Shown here: in pieces, positions 1 through 10,437 of the stretch
How positions within the stretch are numbered: position 1 is the stretch's first letter
Layout of the letters: each line of letters starts with the position of its first letter
Origin: an uncultured Atribacterota bacterium
GTDB lineage: Bacteria > Atribacterota > Phoenicimicrobiia > Phoenicimicrobiales > Stramentimicrobiaceae
DNA: 49,930 nucleotides
Direction of reading: 5' to 3'
Assembly (NCBI GenBank): GCA_964636625.1
Contig: CAZWUL010000003.1
Coordinates: forward strand, 1-49,930
The notes under the pieces: model-generated
Database searches by the model: none
The model's input: only the letters and a program-made list of their open reading frames with translations
Told to the model about the DNA's origin: nothing
Position numbers and translations under genes: made by a program

Positions 1-1
1 G

Positions 2-1411
2 GGAGATACAATTATAGTTGCTGTTTCCGGAGGCCCTGATTCTTTATGCCTGCTTAATATTCTTAAACATATTAGTGGAGAATATGGATTGTCATTAATT
101 GTTGCCCATGTTAATCACGGCATAAGAATTAAAGAATCAGAGCTGGAAGCCCAATTTGTACGCTCAAAATCTTCCGATATGAACCTACCATTTGAACAGT
201 TATCAGTTTCTGTTCCTGTCATTGCAAAAGAAAAATCTATTTCACTGGAGCAAGCTGGCAGGAGTGCAAGGTATGAGTTTTTTAAAAAGTTATTTAAAAA
301 ACATAAAGCCCATAAAATAGCCCTGGGGCATCATGCTGATGACCAGGTTGAAACCGTGTTAATGAGGATAATCCGTGGTAGCGGGCTGCAAGGATTAAGA
401 GGAATCCCTGCAAAAAGAGATGTTTTTATTCGTCCCTTAATTGAGTGTACCCGAAAGGAAATTGAGGGCTATTGCCTGAGACAAAAGATATCTTACTGCT
501 TTGATTCTTCTAATAAAGAGCCCAGGTATCTCCGTAACAAAATAAGGCACCAATTAATCCCCTTGCTTACCAGTAATTATAATGCATCTATTAACAGTCA
601 CCTACTTCAATTGCAAACCATTGTTCAAGATGAATTGCATTATTGGGAAGAACAAACTGAAGAATTTTTTCAAAAGATTATAATAGAAAGGGATTCTTCT
701 GGAATTGTTCTGGATATTAAAAAAATGATTCAATGGCCGGTTGCCTTGCAGAGACAAATTATTCGCAAGGGATTGCGTTATATAACAGAGTATTTAGATG
801 ATATACAATTTAACCATATTGAGAATATAAGAGAACTATGCTTGCTTGAAAGAGGGGAAAGATATCAGGATTTACCCGGTAATATCAGGGTAAGAAAAAG
901 TTATCAAAAATTAAAAATTAGTTATGCAGATTATATTAAAATACCTGAAAAAAAGAAAAAAAGTGAAATCTGGGAATATAAGTTTTCTGTTGGTGAAGAA
1001 AAAATCTTTCCAAAGGTTGGTATTAAACTAATTACTAAGCAGTATAAAAATATTGAACCCGTAAAAGGGAAATATCTTAATAAGAAAAGCCAGGATGAAG
1101 AATATTTTGATTATAACAAGCTGGAATTCCCACTTAGAATTAGAAACAGAAGGCCGGGAGACCGGTTCAAACCAATAAATAGTAAATATTATAAAAAAAT
1201 AAAATCCTATTTTATTGACCAAAAAATACCTCTTCATAAAAGAGATATGATAAGCCTGGTTATCGATAATTCTAATCGCATTGTGTGGATTGTCGGTTTA
1301 CAAATCGACGATCGTTTTAAAATAGATAAAAAAACAAAAAAAGTTTTATATATACGTAAAGAGGATATATACTTAAATAAAAATAAAATAGCGAATATTA
1401 AGGAGATATAG
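2..1411 (+). CDS. tilS: tRNA(Ile)-lysidine synthetase (5'-partial; start lies upstream of the window)
   Basis: The frame is open from base 2 (GDTIIVAVSGGPDS, PP-loop SGGxDS) and continues into the 89..1411 ORF with HVNHGIR, GHHADDQVET and RNKIRH; tilS-hpt-ftsH synteny. Confidence 0.96.
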   Translation, partial: GDTIIVAVSGGPDSLCLLNILKHISGEYGLSLIVAHVNHGIRIKESELEAQFVRSKSSDMNLPFEQLSVSVPVIAKEKSISLEQAGRSARYEFFKKLFKKHKAHKIALGHHADDQVETVLMRIIRGSGLQGLRGIPAKRDVFIRPLIECTRKEIEGYCLRQKISYCFDSSNKEPRYLRNKIRHQLIPLLTSNYNASINSHLLQLQTIVQDELHYWEEQTEEFFQKIIIERDSSGIVLDIKKMIQWPVALQRQIIRKGLRYITEYLDDIQFNHIENIRELCLLERGERYQDLPGNIRVRKSYQKLKISYADYIKIPEKKKKSEIWEYKFSVGEEKIFPKVGIKLITKQYKNIEPVKGKYLNKKSQDEEYFDYNKLEFPLRIRNRRPGDRFKPINSKYYKKIKSYFIDQKIPLHKRDMISLVIDNSNRIVWIVGLQIDDRFKIDKKTKKVLYIRKEDIYLNKNKIANIKEI

Positions 1412-1413
1412 CA

Positions 1414-1965
1414 ATGATAGAACAGGAAAAAATTGAGGAAATATTAATACCGGAAAACCAAATACAAAAAAAAGTTGAAAAATTAGGAGAGCAAATATCG
1501 CAAGATTACCAGGGAAAAGAAGTAATTTGTGTTGGAGTATTAAGAGGAGCAATAATTTTCTTAGCAGATTTATCGCGCTATATAAAAGTACCTATGATTA
1601 TGGATTTTATGGATATTTCCAGCTATGGAGCATCAACCGAATCTTCCGGAGTGGTCAGAATTATCAAAGATTTGGATGAAAACATTGAAAAAAAAGATGT
1701 TTTAATTATTGAAGATATAGTAGATACAGGATTAACACTGGATTATTTAATCCGAATGTTGAAGTCAAGAAATCCTGCCAGTCTTAAAGTATGTGCTCTG
1801 CTTAACAAAAAAGACAGAAGACAGATAGAGGTGCCTATTGATTATTGCGGATTTGACATCCCTGACAAATTCGTAGTCGGATATGGATTAGATTTTAATG
1901 GCCTATATCGAAATATCCCTTATATACTGGTTTTAAAACCATCATATTACCAAAAAACCAGTTAA
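1414..1965 (+). CDS. hpt: Hypoxanthine phosphoribosyltransferase
   Basis: PRPP motif VLIIEDIVDTGLTL, FVVGYGLD, YRNIPYI; AAGGAG SD; synteny. Confidence 0.96.
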   Translation: MIEQEKIEEILIPENQIQKKVEKLGEQISQDYQGKEVICVGVLRGAIIFLADLSRYIKVPMIMDFMDISSYGASTESSGVVRIIKDLDENIEKKDVLIIEDIVDTGLTLDYLIRMLKSRNPASLKVCALLNKKDRRQIEVPIDYCGFDIPDKFVVGYGLDFNGLYRNIPYILVLKPSYYQKTS

Positions 1966-2051
1966 TATTTTATTAGCTTAATTAAGATAATTTAAGGATA
2001 ATCAATTGAGATTATATAGTAATTTAGTATAATTTATTGGTTTCCAATAGT

Positions 2052-2080
2052 TTGTTTTTATATATAAAATGTGCTAAAAT
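2052..2080 (+). promoter_or_regulatory. Putative sigma70 promoter for ftsH
   Basis: TTGTTT-17bp-TAAAAT with extended -10 TG at 2072-2073. Confidence 0.4.
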
Positions 2081-2132
2081 TACCTTGCATTTGAACTTTT
2101 TCAAAATAGTATTTATCACAAAGGAGAAAAAA

Positions 2133-3968
2133 TTGGCGAAGCTAAATCCAAATAATTTTAAGAATAGAAATTTTAAAAATGCTGGTTTATACCTTTTAAT
2201 ATTAATTGTAGTCATTTCTGTATTAAGCTCTTTCTTTGAGCCAGGTACTTCTGTCAGGGAATTGACATATTCCCAATTTTTAAGTGAAGTTGAGAATAAT
2301 AATGTAAGCAGTGTTTCCATATCCGGGAGTACTGCTACCGGTGAATTAGCAGATAATCAAAAATATTCAACTTATTTGCCTGATGATCCTGAATTAATGT
2401 CTATATTACGCAGTAAAAATATTAATATTGAGGCAAAGCCACCGGTAGAACTATCATGGTGGATGCGAATCCTGTCATCTCTATTACCAATGGCCTTAAT
2501 AATAGGTATCTGGATATTTATGATGAGACAGATGCAGGGTGGTGGTAATAAGGTAATGTCTTTTGGGAAAAGCCAGGCTAAATTATTGGGCAAAGAAACT
2601 CCAAAAGTAACATTTGAAGATGTGGCCGGAGTGGATGAAGCAAAAGAAGAGTTGCAGGAAGTAATTGAATTCTTAAAAAGTCCTGCAAAATTTAATAAGT
2701 TAGGAGCTAAAATACCAAAAGGAGTTCTTCTTTATGGTCCTCCCGGTTCAGGTAAAACATTGCTGGCACGTGCTGTTGCCGGAGAAGCGGGAGTCGCTTT
2801 TTTCAGTATTAGCGGATCTGATTTTGTAGAGATGTTTGTAGGTGTCGGAGCTTCCAGGGTTAGGGATTTGTTCAAACAAGCCAAAACCAATAGTCCCTGC
2901 ATTATTTTTATGGACGAAATAGATGCTGTAGGAAGACATAGGGGTGCCGGACTGGGTGGAGGACATGACGAGAGAGAACAGACACTAAATCAATTACTGG
3001 TTGAAATGGATGGTTTTGATCAGAATATTGGTGTTATATTGATTGCCGCAACCAATAGACCTGACGTATTAGATCCTGCCCTGCTGAGACCCGGACGGTT
3101 TGACCGGAGAATTGTGGTAGATCGCCCGGACTTACTGGGACGAGAGCAGATATTAAATGTTCATGCCAAAGGGAAACCTTTGGATAAAGATGTTGATTTG
3201 AAGGTTTTGGCCAGAAGAACTCCGGGATTTGTAGGGTCAGACCTGGCAAATCTGGTTAACGAGGCTGCGTTATTGGCATCCAGAAAAGATAACAAAACAA
3301 TAACGATGGAGGATTTTGAGGCCTCAATTGATAGGGTTATTGCTGGCCCGGAAAAAAAGAGCAGGCTTATGAACGATAAAGAAAAGGAAATAGTCGCCTA
3401 TCATGAATCCGGACATGTCCTGGTTGCAAAATTATTACCTAATTGTGACCCGGTTCATAAGGTATCTATAATCCCCCGTGGCAGTGCGGCATTGGGTTAT
3501 ACTTTACAACTTCCTACCGAAGACCGTTTTTTAATCAGCAAATCTGAATTAATGCAAAGATTAAGTGTATTGCTTGGAGGAAGGGTTGCTGAAGAGCTTA
3601 TTTTTAAAGATATTACTACCGGTGCTCAGAATGACCTGGAAAGGGCAACTAAAATTGCCAGACAGATGGTTACTGAATATGGAATGAGCGATACAATAGG
3701 TCCAATGACCCTGGGTAGAAAAGAGCATCAGGTTTTCCTGGGCAAAGACATTTCTGAAGATCGTAATTACAGCGATGAAATAGCTTACCAGATTGACAAA
3801 GAAGTTGAGAATATAATTGAAAATGCATATAATAAAGCCAAAGAAATATTAACTAAAAATAAGAGAAGGCTTGTAAAGATTGCAAAAACTTTATTACAGA
3901 AAGAAACCCTGGAAGGGGAAGAATTAAACAATTTATTAAAAGGTGCAAAGCTTGCCACAGGTATTTAA
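2133..3968 (+). CDS. ftsH: ATP-dependent zinc metalloprotease FtsH
   Basis: Two TM segments, Walker A GPPGSGKT, Walker [26 protein letters not shown] zinc motif; TTG at 2133 follows AAGGAG. Confidence 0.97.
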   Translation: MAKLNPNNFKNRNFKNAGLYLLILIVVISVLSSFFEPGTSVRELTYSQFLSEVENNNVSSVSISGSTATGELADNQKYSTYLPDDPELMSILRSKNINIEAKPPVELSWWMRILSSLLPMALIIGIWIFMMRQMQGGGNKVMSFGKSQAKLLGKETPKVTFEDVAGVDEAKEELQEVIEFLKSPAKFNKLGAKIPKGVLLYGPPGSGKTLLARAVAGEAGVAFFSISGSDFVEMFVGVGASRVRDLFKQAKTNSPCIIFMDEIDAVGRHRGAGLGGGHDEREQTLNQLLVEMDGFDQNIGVILIAATNRPDVLDPALLRPGRFDRRIVVDRPDLLGREQILNVHAKGKPLDKDVDLKVLARRTPGFVGSDLANLVNEAALLASRKDNKTITMEDFEASIDRVIAGPEKKSRLMNDKEKEIVAYHESGHVLVAKLLPNCDPVHKVSIIPRGSAALGYTLQLPTEDRFLISKSELMQRLSVLLGGRVAEELIFKDITTGAQNDLERATKIARQMVTEYGMSDTIGPMTLGRKEHQVFLGKDISEDRNYSDEIAYQIDKEVENIIENAYNKAKEILTKNKRRLVKIAKTLLQKETLEGEELNNLLKGAKLATGI

Positions 3969-4199
3969 ATAGGATAATAATATAATTATTTTAAACCTTT
4001 AATTATTATTGTAATAATCTTTTTATTATAACACCAAGCATTGAAGAAAATATTTATCTATCTTTTGTTAATTGAGAAGAATGGGTCAGCAGACATGTTT
4101 ATGTTTTACAAAGGGGGTGGTTAATTGCATAGGTGAGTAAATAAAAATTTTAATAAGGGTTTTTTGTTAAATTTGAAGGTAATGGAAGGAGGAAAAATT

Positions 4200-6056
4200 G
4201 TGAGAATTAGAATATTTTCAATGATTTTAATAGTCTTGTTAGCTCTTACTGTAGTTACCGGTGTAAATGCACAGGTAAAAGATCCTGACAGGGTAGTCTA
4301 TGCTGCAATTGGCGGCCCGGAGACAATGGACCCTCACTGGGCTTATGATACTGCCAGTGGAGAGATTATTTTCCAGATATATGATAACCTTATCGCCTAT
4401 GACGGAGAAAGTCTATCCGAATTTGTACCAATGATAGCACTGCAGGTCCCGTCAGAAAAAAACGGGTTAATAAAGTATGGTGGTCTGGATTATATTTTTC
4501 CAATTAGATATGGTGTTCATTTCCATAATGGTGATATCCTTACTCCTGAAGATGTGGAATACAGCATTGAAAGAGGTATATTGTTCGACCGTGCCGGTGG
4601 ACCTATGTGGATGTTGTTAGAGCCGTTGTTGGGCATTGGAAGCATAGAGGAGCTTGCGGTAGAACTTGCCGGAGTAGAAAATTATTCTGATATGTTTGAT
4701 GATGAAGATGAATTATTGCCAGAGTATAAAGATGCTATGATTAAAGTATATACTGATTATGTTGACAGGGCAGTAGAAGTGCAGGGGAATAATATTGTAT
4801 TCCACCTTGTTCAACCATATGCTCCTTTCTTGAATATTCTAGCTCATGGCGGTTCCTGGTCATCAATTATTAATAAGAGCTGGTCAATTGAAAATGGTGC
4901 CTGGGATGGAAAAGCTGATACATGGTGGAAATATCATGACCCGGCCAATGAAGATGACCCGTTATACAGTATTGCCAATGGTACCGGTCCGTTTAAGTTA
5001 ACGAGATGGGTTCCGGAAGAAACTGTCATGCTGGAGAGATTTGAGGACCACTGGAGAGGACCTGCTAAATTGAAAGAAGTTGTTTATCAATATGTAAATG
5101 AGTGGACTACCAGGAAATTGATGTTGCAAAACGGTGATGCTGATATAGTCTATGTACCTGTTACTAATGTAAGTGAGGTAGAAAATTTAGATGGCGTTGA
5201 GTTAATTACAGGTTTACCGACTTTGCAAAACACTGTTGTTCACATGCCCTGGACCTTAAATGCTGAAGGCAATGCCAATTTGGGAAGCGGTAAATTGGAT
5301 GGTAATGGAATACCGCCTGATTTCTTTTCTGATATTCATGTTCGAAAAGGATTTTCTTACCTGTTCCCGTATGAAGTTAATATTGAAACAACCATGAGCG
5401 GACATGCCATAAGAAACCCTGGACCAATTCCGCAGGGATTATTAGGATACTCTGATGATCCGGAATTGTTCTATGAATTTAATATTGAAAAGGCAAGAGA
5501 AGAATTCCAAAAAGCCTGGGATGGCGAGCTCTGGGAAAAAGGATGCAAATTTAACATCTTTTATAATGAAGGGAACGATGTCCGAAAAGCAGCTTGTGAT
5601 ATGATTTCAACTTATGCCAGAATGGTAAATCCTAAATTTGAACTTACTCCTGTTGGTGTTCAATGGTCATCTTACCTGAAACAGTTCCTGGCAGAACAGT
5701 TGCCTATCTATGTTATCGGTTGGCTTGCAGATTATCCTGACCCCCATAACTGGGTTCCTACCTACTTAGGCAGTAATGGGACTTACAGTGGTTATTATGG
5801 AGAAGCTTACCGGGAATGGGCACGAGAAAATATTGACCCTTTAGCTGATGCTGCATTAAAATCAGTTGACCCTGAAGAAAGGGCAAGTATTTATCAGGAA
5901 ATAACCCAAATTGCCCATGATAACGCTGTGGCATTATACATATATCAGCCTATTGGAATTCATGTTCAGAGAGATTGGGTAAAAGGCTGGTACTATAATG
6001 CTATGATATCTGGCTTACCGGAAGGCGCTGATTTCTATACTATTTATAAAGAGTAG
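4200..6056 (+). CDS. oppA: Peptide/nickel ABC transporter substrate-binding protein (SBP family 5, OppA/DppA-like)
   Basis: Signal peptide, MDPHWAYD, YDNLI, GTGPFKL, GWLADYPDP; GTG at 4200 follows AGGAGG. Opp versus Dpp naming is not resolvable. Confidence 0.88.
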   Translation: MRIRIFSMILIVLLALTVVTGVNAQVKDPDRVVYAAIGGPETMDPHWAYDTASGEIIFQIYDNLIAYDGESLSEFVPMIALQVPSEKNGLIKYGGLDYIFPIRYGVHFHNGDILTPEDVEYSIERGILFDRAGGPMWMLLEPLLGIGSIEELAVELAGVENYSDMFDDEDELLPEYKDAMIKVYTDYVDRAVEVQGNNIVFHLVQPYAPFLNILAHGGSWSSIINKSWSIENGAWDGKADTWWKYHDPANEDDPLYSIANGTGPFKLTRWVPEETVMLERFEDHWRGPAKLKEVVYQYVNEWTTRKLMLQNGDADIVYVPVTNVSEVENLDGVELITGLPTLQNTVVHMPWTLNAEGNANLGSGKLDGNGIPPDFFSDIHVRKGFSYLFPYEVNIETTMSGHAIRNPGPIPQGLLGYSDDPELFYEFNIEKAREEFQKAWDGELWEKGCKFNIFYNEGNDVRKAACDMISTYARMVNPKFELTPVGVQWSSYLKQFLAEQLPIYVIGWLADYPDPHNWVPTYLGSNGTYSGYYGEAYREWARENIDPLADAALKSVDPEERASIYQEITQIAHDNAVALYIYQPIGIHVQRDWVKGWYYNAMISGLPEGADFYTIYKE

Positions 6057-6108
6057 AATTTACAGACACATTTCACTGTTTGTTTATACCAGATGATTTT
6101 AGTATAAT

Positions 6109-6149
6109 CAATGGAGTGAAAGTTCTGCCTTTCACTCCATTGTATTTTT
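6109..6149 (+). terminator. 14-bp stem-loop after the SBP gene (terminator or mRNA stabiliser)
   Basis: CAATGGAGTGAAAG-ttctgc-CTTTCACTCCATTG followed by TATTTTT. Confidence 0.75.
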
Positions 6150-6231
6150 GCTTTTGATTTTTCCATGCATATGTTTGGCAAGATGTATTTCCAGAAAATT
6201 TTACAAGATTTAAAAAATAGGAGAAAATTAC

Positions 6232-7269
6232 ATGCTTTCCTATATAATAAGGCGTTTACTAATTCTCCCTATAATTTTGTTAGGAGTCTCTTTCCTGATA
6301 TTTTGTCTTTTTTCACTATTGAGCCCAATGGAAAGACTGGCAACATATGTTAACAATCCCAGTGTATTAAAAAACCCTCAGGCAGCCCAAAACCTGATAG
6401 CAAAATACCATTTGGATGACCCTTTTCCTACCGGATATTTTTACTGGCTAAAGTCTTTGCTTAGACTCGACTTTGGATGGTCCCCTACGGCAAATCAGCC
6501 TGTTTGGGATGCTATTATGCAACGGCTTCCTGCTACTATGGAGCTGGTTTTGTATTCAATTATCCCGGTAATTATAGTAGGAATCTGGCTGGGAGTTATC
6601 TCTGCAGTACACCACAATGATTTAGCAGACCAGGTTATTCGGGTAACAGCTATTATTGGCTGGTCTTTACCCACCTTTATCTTTGGATTATTGGTATTAT
6701 TTATATTTTATGGAATATTAGGCTGGCTACCCCCTGGAAGATTAAGTACCTGGGCGCAGTATATTGTTTATACCGGTGACAGCTTTAATAATTATACCCA
6801 TTTTATTACTATTGATGCACTTTTAAACAAAAGATTAGATATATTTTGGGATGCCTTAAAACATTTAATCGGACCAATTATTACACTTTCCTATATTTCC
6901 TGGGCATATTTATTACGTATTACCCGTTCCAGTATGTTAGATACCTTAAGAAAGGATTATATAAGAACTGCTCGTGCAAAAGGGGTTGACGAGAGAACGG
7001 TAATTTATCTGCATGCCCGGAAGAATGCCATGATTCCTGTTATAACAGTTGCCGGGATGATGATTATTGGAATGTTAGGAGGGGTAGTAATAACTGAAAC
7101 TGTATTTACCTATCCCGGGTTGGGTTACTGGGCAGCTTCGTCAGCTCAACAACTGGACTATGGTTCAGTAATTGGATTTGCCCTGTTATTTGCTTTTATT
7201 ATGGTTGTTGGAAATTTAGTTGTTGATGTTTCTTATGCCTTAATTGATCCCAGGGTTAGATTGGAGTAA
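6232..7269 (+). CDS. oppB: Peptide ABC transporter permease (OppB/DppB)
   Basis: MLSYIIRRLL start, RLPATMEL, DYIRTARAKG loop, VITETVFTYPGLG, IDPRVR. Confidence 0.92.
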   Translation: MLSYIIRRLLILPIILLGVSFLIFCLFSLLSPMERLATYVNNPSVLKNPQAAQNLIAKYHLDDPFPTGYFYWLKSLLRLDFGWSPTANQPVWDAIMQRLPATMELVLYSIIPVIIVGIWLGVISAVHHNDLADQVIRVTAIIGWSLPTFIFGLLVLFIFYGILGWLPPGRLSTWAQYIVYTGDSFNNYTHFITIDALLNKRLDIFWDALKHLIGPIITLSYISWAYLLRITRSSMLDTLRKDYIRTARAKGVDERTVIYLHARKNAMIPVITVAGMMIIGMLGGVVITETVFTYPGLGYWAASSAQQLDYGSVIGFALLFAFIMVVGNLVVDVSYALIDPRVRLE

Positions 7270-7273
7270 GAAA

Positions 7274-8212
7274 ATGAACCGTATCATCAGAAAACTTTTC
7301 AGCAACACTACATCATTGATTGGTTTAATATTGCTCTTTATTTTTGTCATAATTGCCATATTTGCTCCCTATATTGCTCCACCATTGTTTGCATCTGATC
7401 CTTATCAGATACCAAGGATGTCCTGGGATGTTCAGCCACAACCACCAGGATTCCCTATATCAGATGATATCAGGCTTATTTATGATAGTTTAGGGCAACC
7501 GATTATCAGAGAAACCGCAATATTTGGTACTGCTCAAGGAGGCTATGACATATTTTATGGATTGATTTGGGGCACCAGGACAGCTTTTCGCATTGGCATA
7601 ATTACCGTTACTTTATCCATGTTCATTGGTGTTGTGGGTGGTTCTATAGCTGCATATTTTGGCGGGTGGATAGACGAATTACTGATGCGCATTACTGATA
7701 TATTTTTATCTATTCCTTTTCTGGTTGCTGCTATGGTTCTAACTACAATACTAGGAAGAGGGCTGGATAAAGTAATGATAGCATTGGTAGCATTTGGATG
7801 GATGGGTTATGCCAGGGTAATCAGGGGAAGTATTTTATGTGTAAAAGAAGAGGTATATATTAATGCTGCCAGGGCCCTGGGAGTAAAAGACTTTAATATT
7901 ATTGTGAGACATCTGTTGCCAAATACCATTTTCCCGGTAATGGTTCAGGCAAGTATGAATATAGGGTCTATGGTAATTACTGCAGCTGCCTTGAGTTTTT
8001 TAGGAGTAGGGGCACCTCTTGGATATGCGGATTGGGGACAAATGGTCAGTTTTGCCCGTAACTGGATTGTGGGCTCTCCTGGTAATGCTGGAGAGTATTG
8101 GTATGCAGTATTTTTCCCGGCAATATTTATTGTGCTGTTTGTCCTTGCCTGGAATTTAGTAGGAGACACCTTGAGAGATATTCTAGATCCCCGCTTGAGA
8201 GGTGAACTCTAA
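7274..8212 (+). CDS. oppC: Peptide ABC transporter permease (OppC/DppC)
   Basis: DELLMRITDIF, YINAARALG, RHLLPN, GDTLRDILDPR. Confidence 0.92.
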   Translation: MNRIIRKLFSNTTSLIGLILLFIFVIIAIFAPYIAPPLFASDPYQIPRMSWDVQPQPPGFPISDDIRLIYDSLGQPIIRETAIFGTAQGGYDIFYGLIWGTRTAFRIGIITVTLSMFIGVVGGSIAAYFGGWIDELLMRITDIFLSIPFLVAAMVLTTILGRGLDKVMIALVAFGWMGYARVIRGSILCVKEEVYINAARALGVKDFNIIVRHLLPNTIFPVMVQASMNIGSMVITAAALSFLGVGAPLGYADWGQMVSFARNWIVGSPGNAGEYWYAVFFPAIFIVLFVLAWNLVGDTLRDILDPRLRGEL

Positions 8213-9243
8213 TGCAAAATGATAAGAATAAAATTTTACAGGTTAAAGATCTAAAAACATATTTTTTCACTGAAAATGGAATTGTAAAAGCTGTGGATGG
8301 TGTTAATTTTGAGGTATACCAGGGCGAGACTCTCGGTTTGGTAGGTGAGTCAGGTTGTGGAAAAAGCATTACTGCTTTTTCTATTATGAGATTACTTGAT
8401 TATCCAGGGAAGACGGTTGGCGGTCAAATCCTTTTTAAAAGCGAGGATTTGCTTGTAAAAAATGAAAAGCAGATGCGTCAAATCAGAGGAAAAGACATTT
8501 CTATGATTTTTCAGGAACCTATGACTTCCTTGAATCCTGTTCTTACTATTGGTTTTCAGATAACCGAAGCGTTGGAAGTGCATTTTAAAATGGAAAAGAC
8601 GAAAGCCAGAAAAAGAGCAATAGAACTTTTAGAAAGAGTAGGGATTCCTATTCCGGAACAACGCATTTATGAATACCCTCATCAATTAAGTGGAGGTATG
8701 AGACAAAGAGCTATGATAGCCATGGCTTTATCCTGTGATCCGGTTTTGCTGATTGCAGATGAACCGACAACATCTTTGGATGTTACAATCCAAGCCCAGA
8801 TTTTAGAATTGATGAAATTACTATTAGAACAATTTAGTAGTTCTATGATTATGATAACCCATGACTTGGGGGTTATTGCTGAAATTGCTGATAGAATTGC
8901 AGTTATGTATGCTGGTAAAATCGTTGAATATGCTGATACTCGCTCTATATTTTATTCACCCCTGCATCCATACACCTTTGGATTGCTTACTTCAATTCCC
9001 AGGTTGGATATGGATATTGAAAAGCTAGAATCAATTCCAGGTATTGTTCCTGACCCGTTGCATTTTCCAGAAGGATGTAAATTCCATCCTCGTTGTGTTT
9101 TTGCTACAGAAAAATGTCGCAAGGAAGAACCTCCCTTAGCGGAAATTAAAAAAAATCATTCGGTTCGCTGTTGGCATATCGAAAAAGTAGAACAGGAAGC
9201 AAAAAAAATCTCATTTACCGGGAGGTTAACAACAGATGGATAA
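8212..9243 (+). CDS. oppD: Peptide ABC transporter ATP-binding protein (OppD/DppD)
   Basis: [25 protein letters not shown]-terminal GCKFHPRC. Confidence 0.93.
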   Translation: MQNDKNKILQVKDLKTYFFTENGIVKAVDGVNFEVYQGETLGLVGESGCGKSITAFSIMRLLDYPGKTVGGQILFKSEDLLVKNEKQMRQIRGKDISMIFQEPMTSLNPVLTIGFQITEALEVHFKMEKTKARKRAIELLERVGIPIPEQRIYEYPHQLSGGMRQRAMIAMALSCDPVLLIADEPTTSLDVTIQAQILELMKLLLEQFSSSMIMITHDLGVIAEIADRIAVMYAGKIVEYADTRSIFYSPLHPYTFGLLTSIPRLDMDIEKLESIPGIVPDPLHFPEGCKFHPRCVFATEKCRKEEPPLAEIKKNHSVRCWHIEKVEQEAKKISFTGRLTTDG

Positions 9244-10201
9244 TACATTAGTCAGTATTAAAAAGCTCATAAAATATTTTCCTATCAAAAAAGGTGTTTT
9301 TAAAAAAACAATAGGGTGGGTGAAGGCAGTTGATGATATTAGCTTTGATATATACGCTGGAGAAACATTAGGTCTTGTTGGAGAATCCGGTTGTGGTAAA
9401 TCGACTACCGCTATGACTGTGCTACGACTGGAAGAACCGACCAGTGGTGATATATTATTTCAGGGTAAAAATCTTGCAAAAATAAAAAAAAGCCAGATGA
9501 GAAAATACAGGAAAGATTTGCAGATTATTTTTCAGGATCCTTATAGCTCTCTTGACCCCAGAATGAAAGTAAAACATATTATTTCTGAGGGACTAGCTGC
9601 TCATAATTTATACAACTCTAAACAGCGAAACCAGAAGGTAGGAGAGTTGTTGGATAAGGTAGGAATTGTCCCTGATTATATGGATCGTTTTCCCCACGAG
9701 TTCAGTGGAGGACAAAGGCAGAGAATAGGAATTGCCAGAGCCCTGGCTCTTAATCCAAAACTAGTTATCTGTGATGAGGCTGTCTCAGCCCTTGATGTGT
9801 CTATACGTTCCCAAATTATTAATTTGTTTAAGGACCTACAAAAAGAATTTAATTTAACATACCTTTTTATTGCCCATGATTTGAGTGTCATTAAATATAT
9901 TAGTGACCGGGTTGCTGTTATGTATTTAGGGAAAATTGTAGAAATAGCACCAAAGAGTATATTTTTTAATAAAACACTACACCCTTATGCTCAAGCCCTG
10001 GTTTCAGCTGTTCCTGTTCCCAATCCCGATTTTAAAAAGAAAAGAATAATTTTACAGGGAGATGTGCCCAGTCCGGCTAATCCTCCAAAAGGATGTCGTT
10101 TCCACCCCAGATGTTCAAAGGTAATGGATATTTGCTCGAAAGAAAAACCCCCCTTAAGAGAGATTGAAAAAAATCATTTTGTAGCATGTCACTTATATTA
10201 G
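9236..10201 (+). CDS. oppF: Peptide ABC transporter ATP-binding protein (OppF/DppF)
   Basis: [40 protein letters not shown]. Confidence 0.93.
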   Translation: MDNTLVSIKKLIKYFPIKKGVFKKTIGWVKAVDDISFDIYAGETLGLVGESGCGKSTTAMTVLRLEEPTSGDILFQGKNLAKIKKSQMRKYRKDLQIIFQDPYSSLDPRMKVKHIISEGLAAHNLYNSKQRNQKVGELLDKVGIVPDYMDRFPHEFSGGQRQRIGIARALALNPKLVICDEAVSALDVSIRSQIINLFKDLQKEFNLTYLFIAHDLSVIKYISDRVAVMYLGKIVEIAPKSIFFNKTLHPYAQALVSAVPVPNPDFKKKRIILQGDVPSPANPPKGCRFHPRCSKVMDICSKEKPPLREIEKNHFVACHLY

Positions 10202-10250
10202 GTTTGTATTGATTTTATCTTTATTCTTTGTGCAAACATTTTCAATCAAA

Positions 10251-10279
10251 TTGTGTATATTAATATTTTGTGTTAAAAT
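10251..10279 (+). promoter_or_regulatory. Putative sigma70 promoter for tRNA-Arg/argS
   Basis: TTGTGT-17bp-TAAAAT with extended -10 TG, about 24 nt before the tRNA. Confidence 0.5.
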
Positions 10280-10302
10280 TGTTTTCGAATTAGCAAATAC
10301 GA

Positions 10303-10378
10303 GCGCCCGTAGCTCAATGGATAGAGCAGGGGCTTCCTAAGCCCCGTGTTGGAAGTTCGACTCTTCTCGGGCGCTCCA
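10303..10378 (+). tRNA. tRNA-Arg(CCT)
   Basis: Acceptor GCGCCCG/CGGGCGC, D arm GCTC..GAGC, anticodon stem GGGGC/GCCCC with loop TT-CCT-AA, T loop TTCGACT, encoded CCA; 76 nt. Confidence 0.96.
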
Positions 10379-10437
10379 TTATTATTTAATAATTAATATC
10401 TCCCCATGGTTATTGAAAACAAGAGAGGAAAGCAAAA

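Noticed and set aside
2037-2132. Longer FtsH N-terminus from the ORF track
   Set aside because: It overlaps the predicted promoter, and the SD supports TTG at 2133.
2764-2780. Sigma-54-like TGGCACG...TTGC
   Set aside because: GG-to-GC spacing is off by one and the site lies inside the ftsH coding sequence.
10228-10245. Second Rex-like site TTGTGCAAACATTTTCAA
   Set aside because: Three mismatches in AT-rich DNA, upstream of tRNA/argS with no redox rationale.
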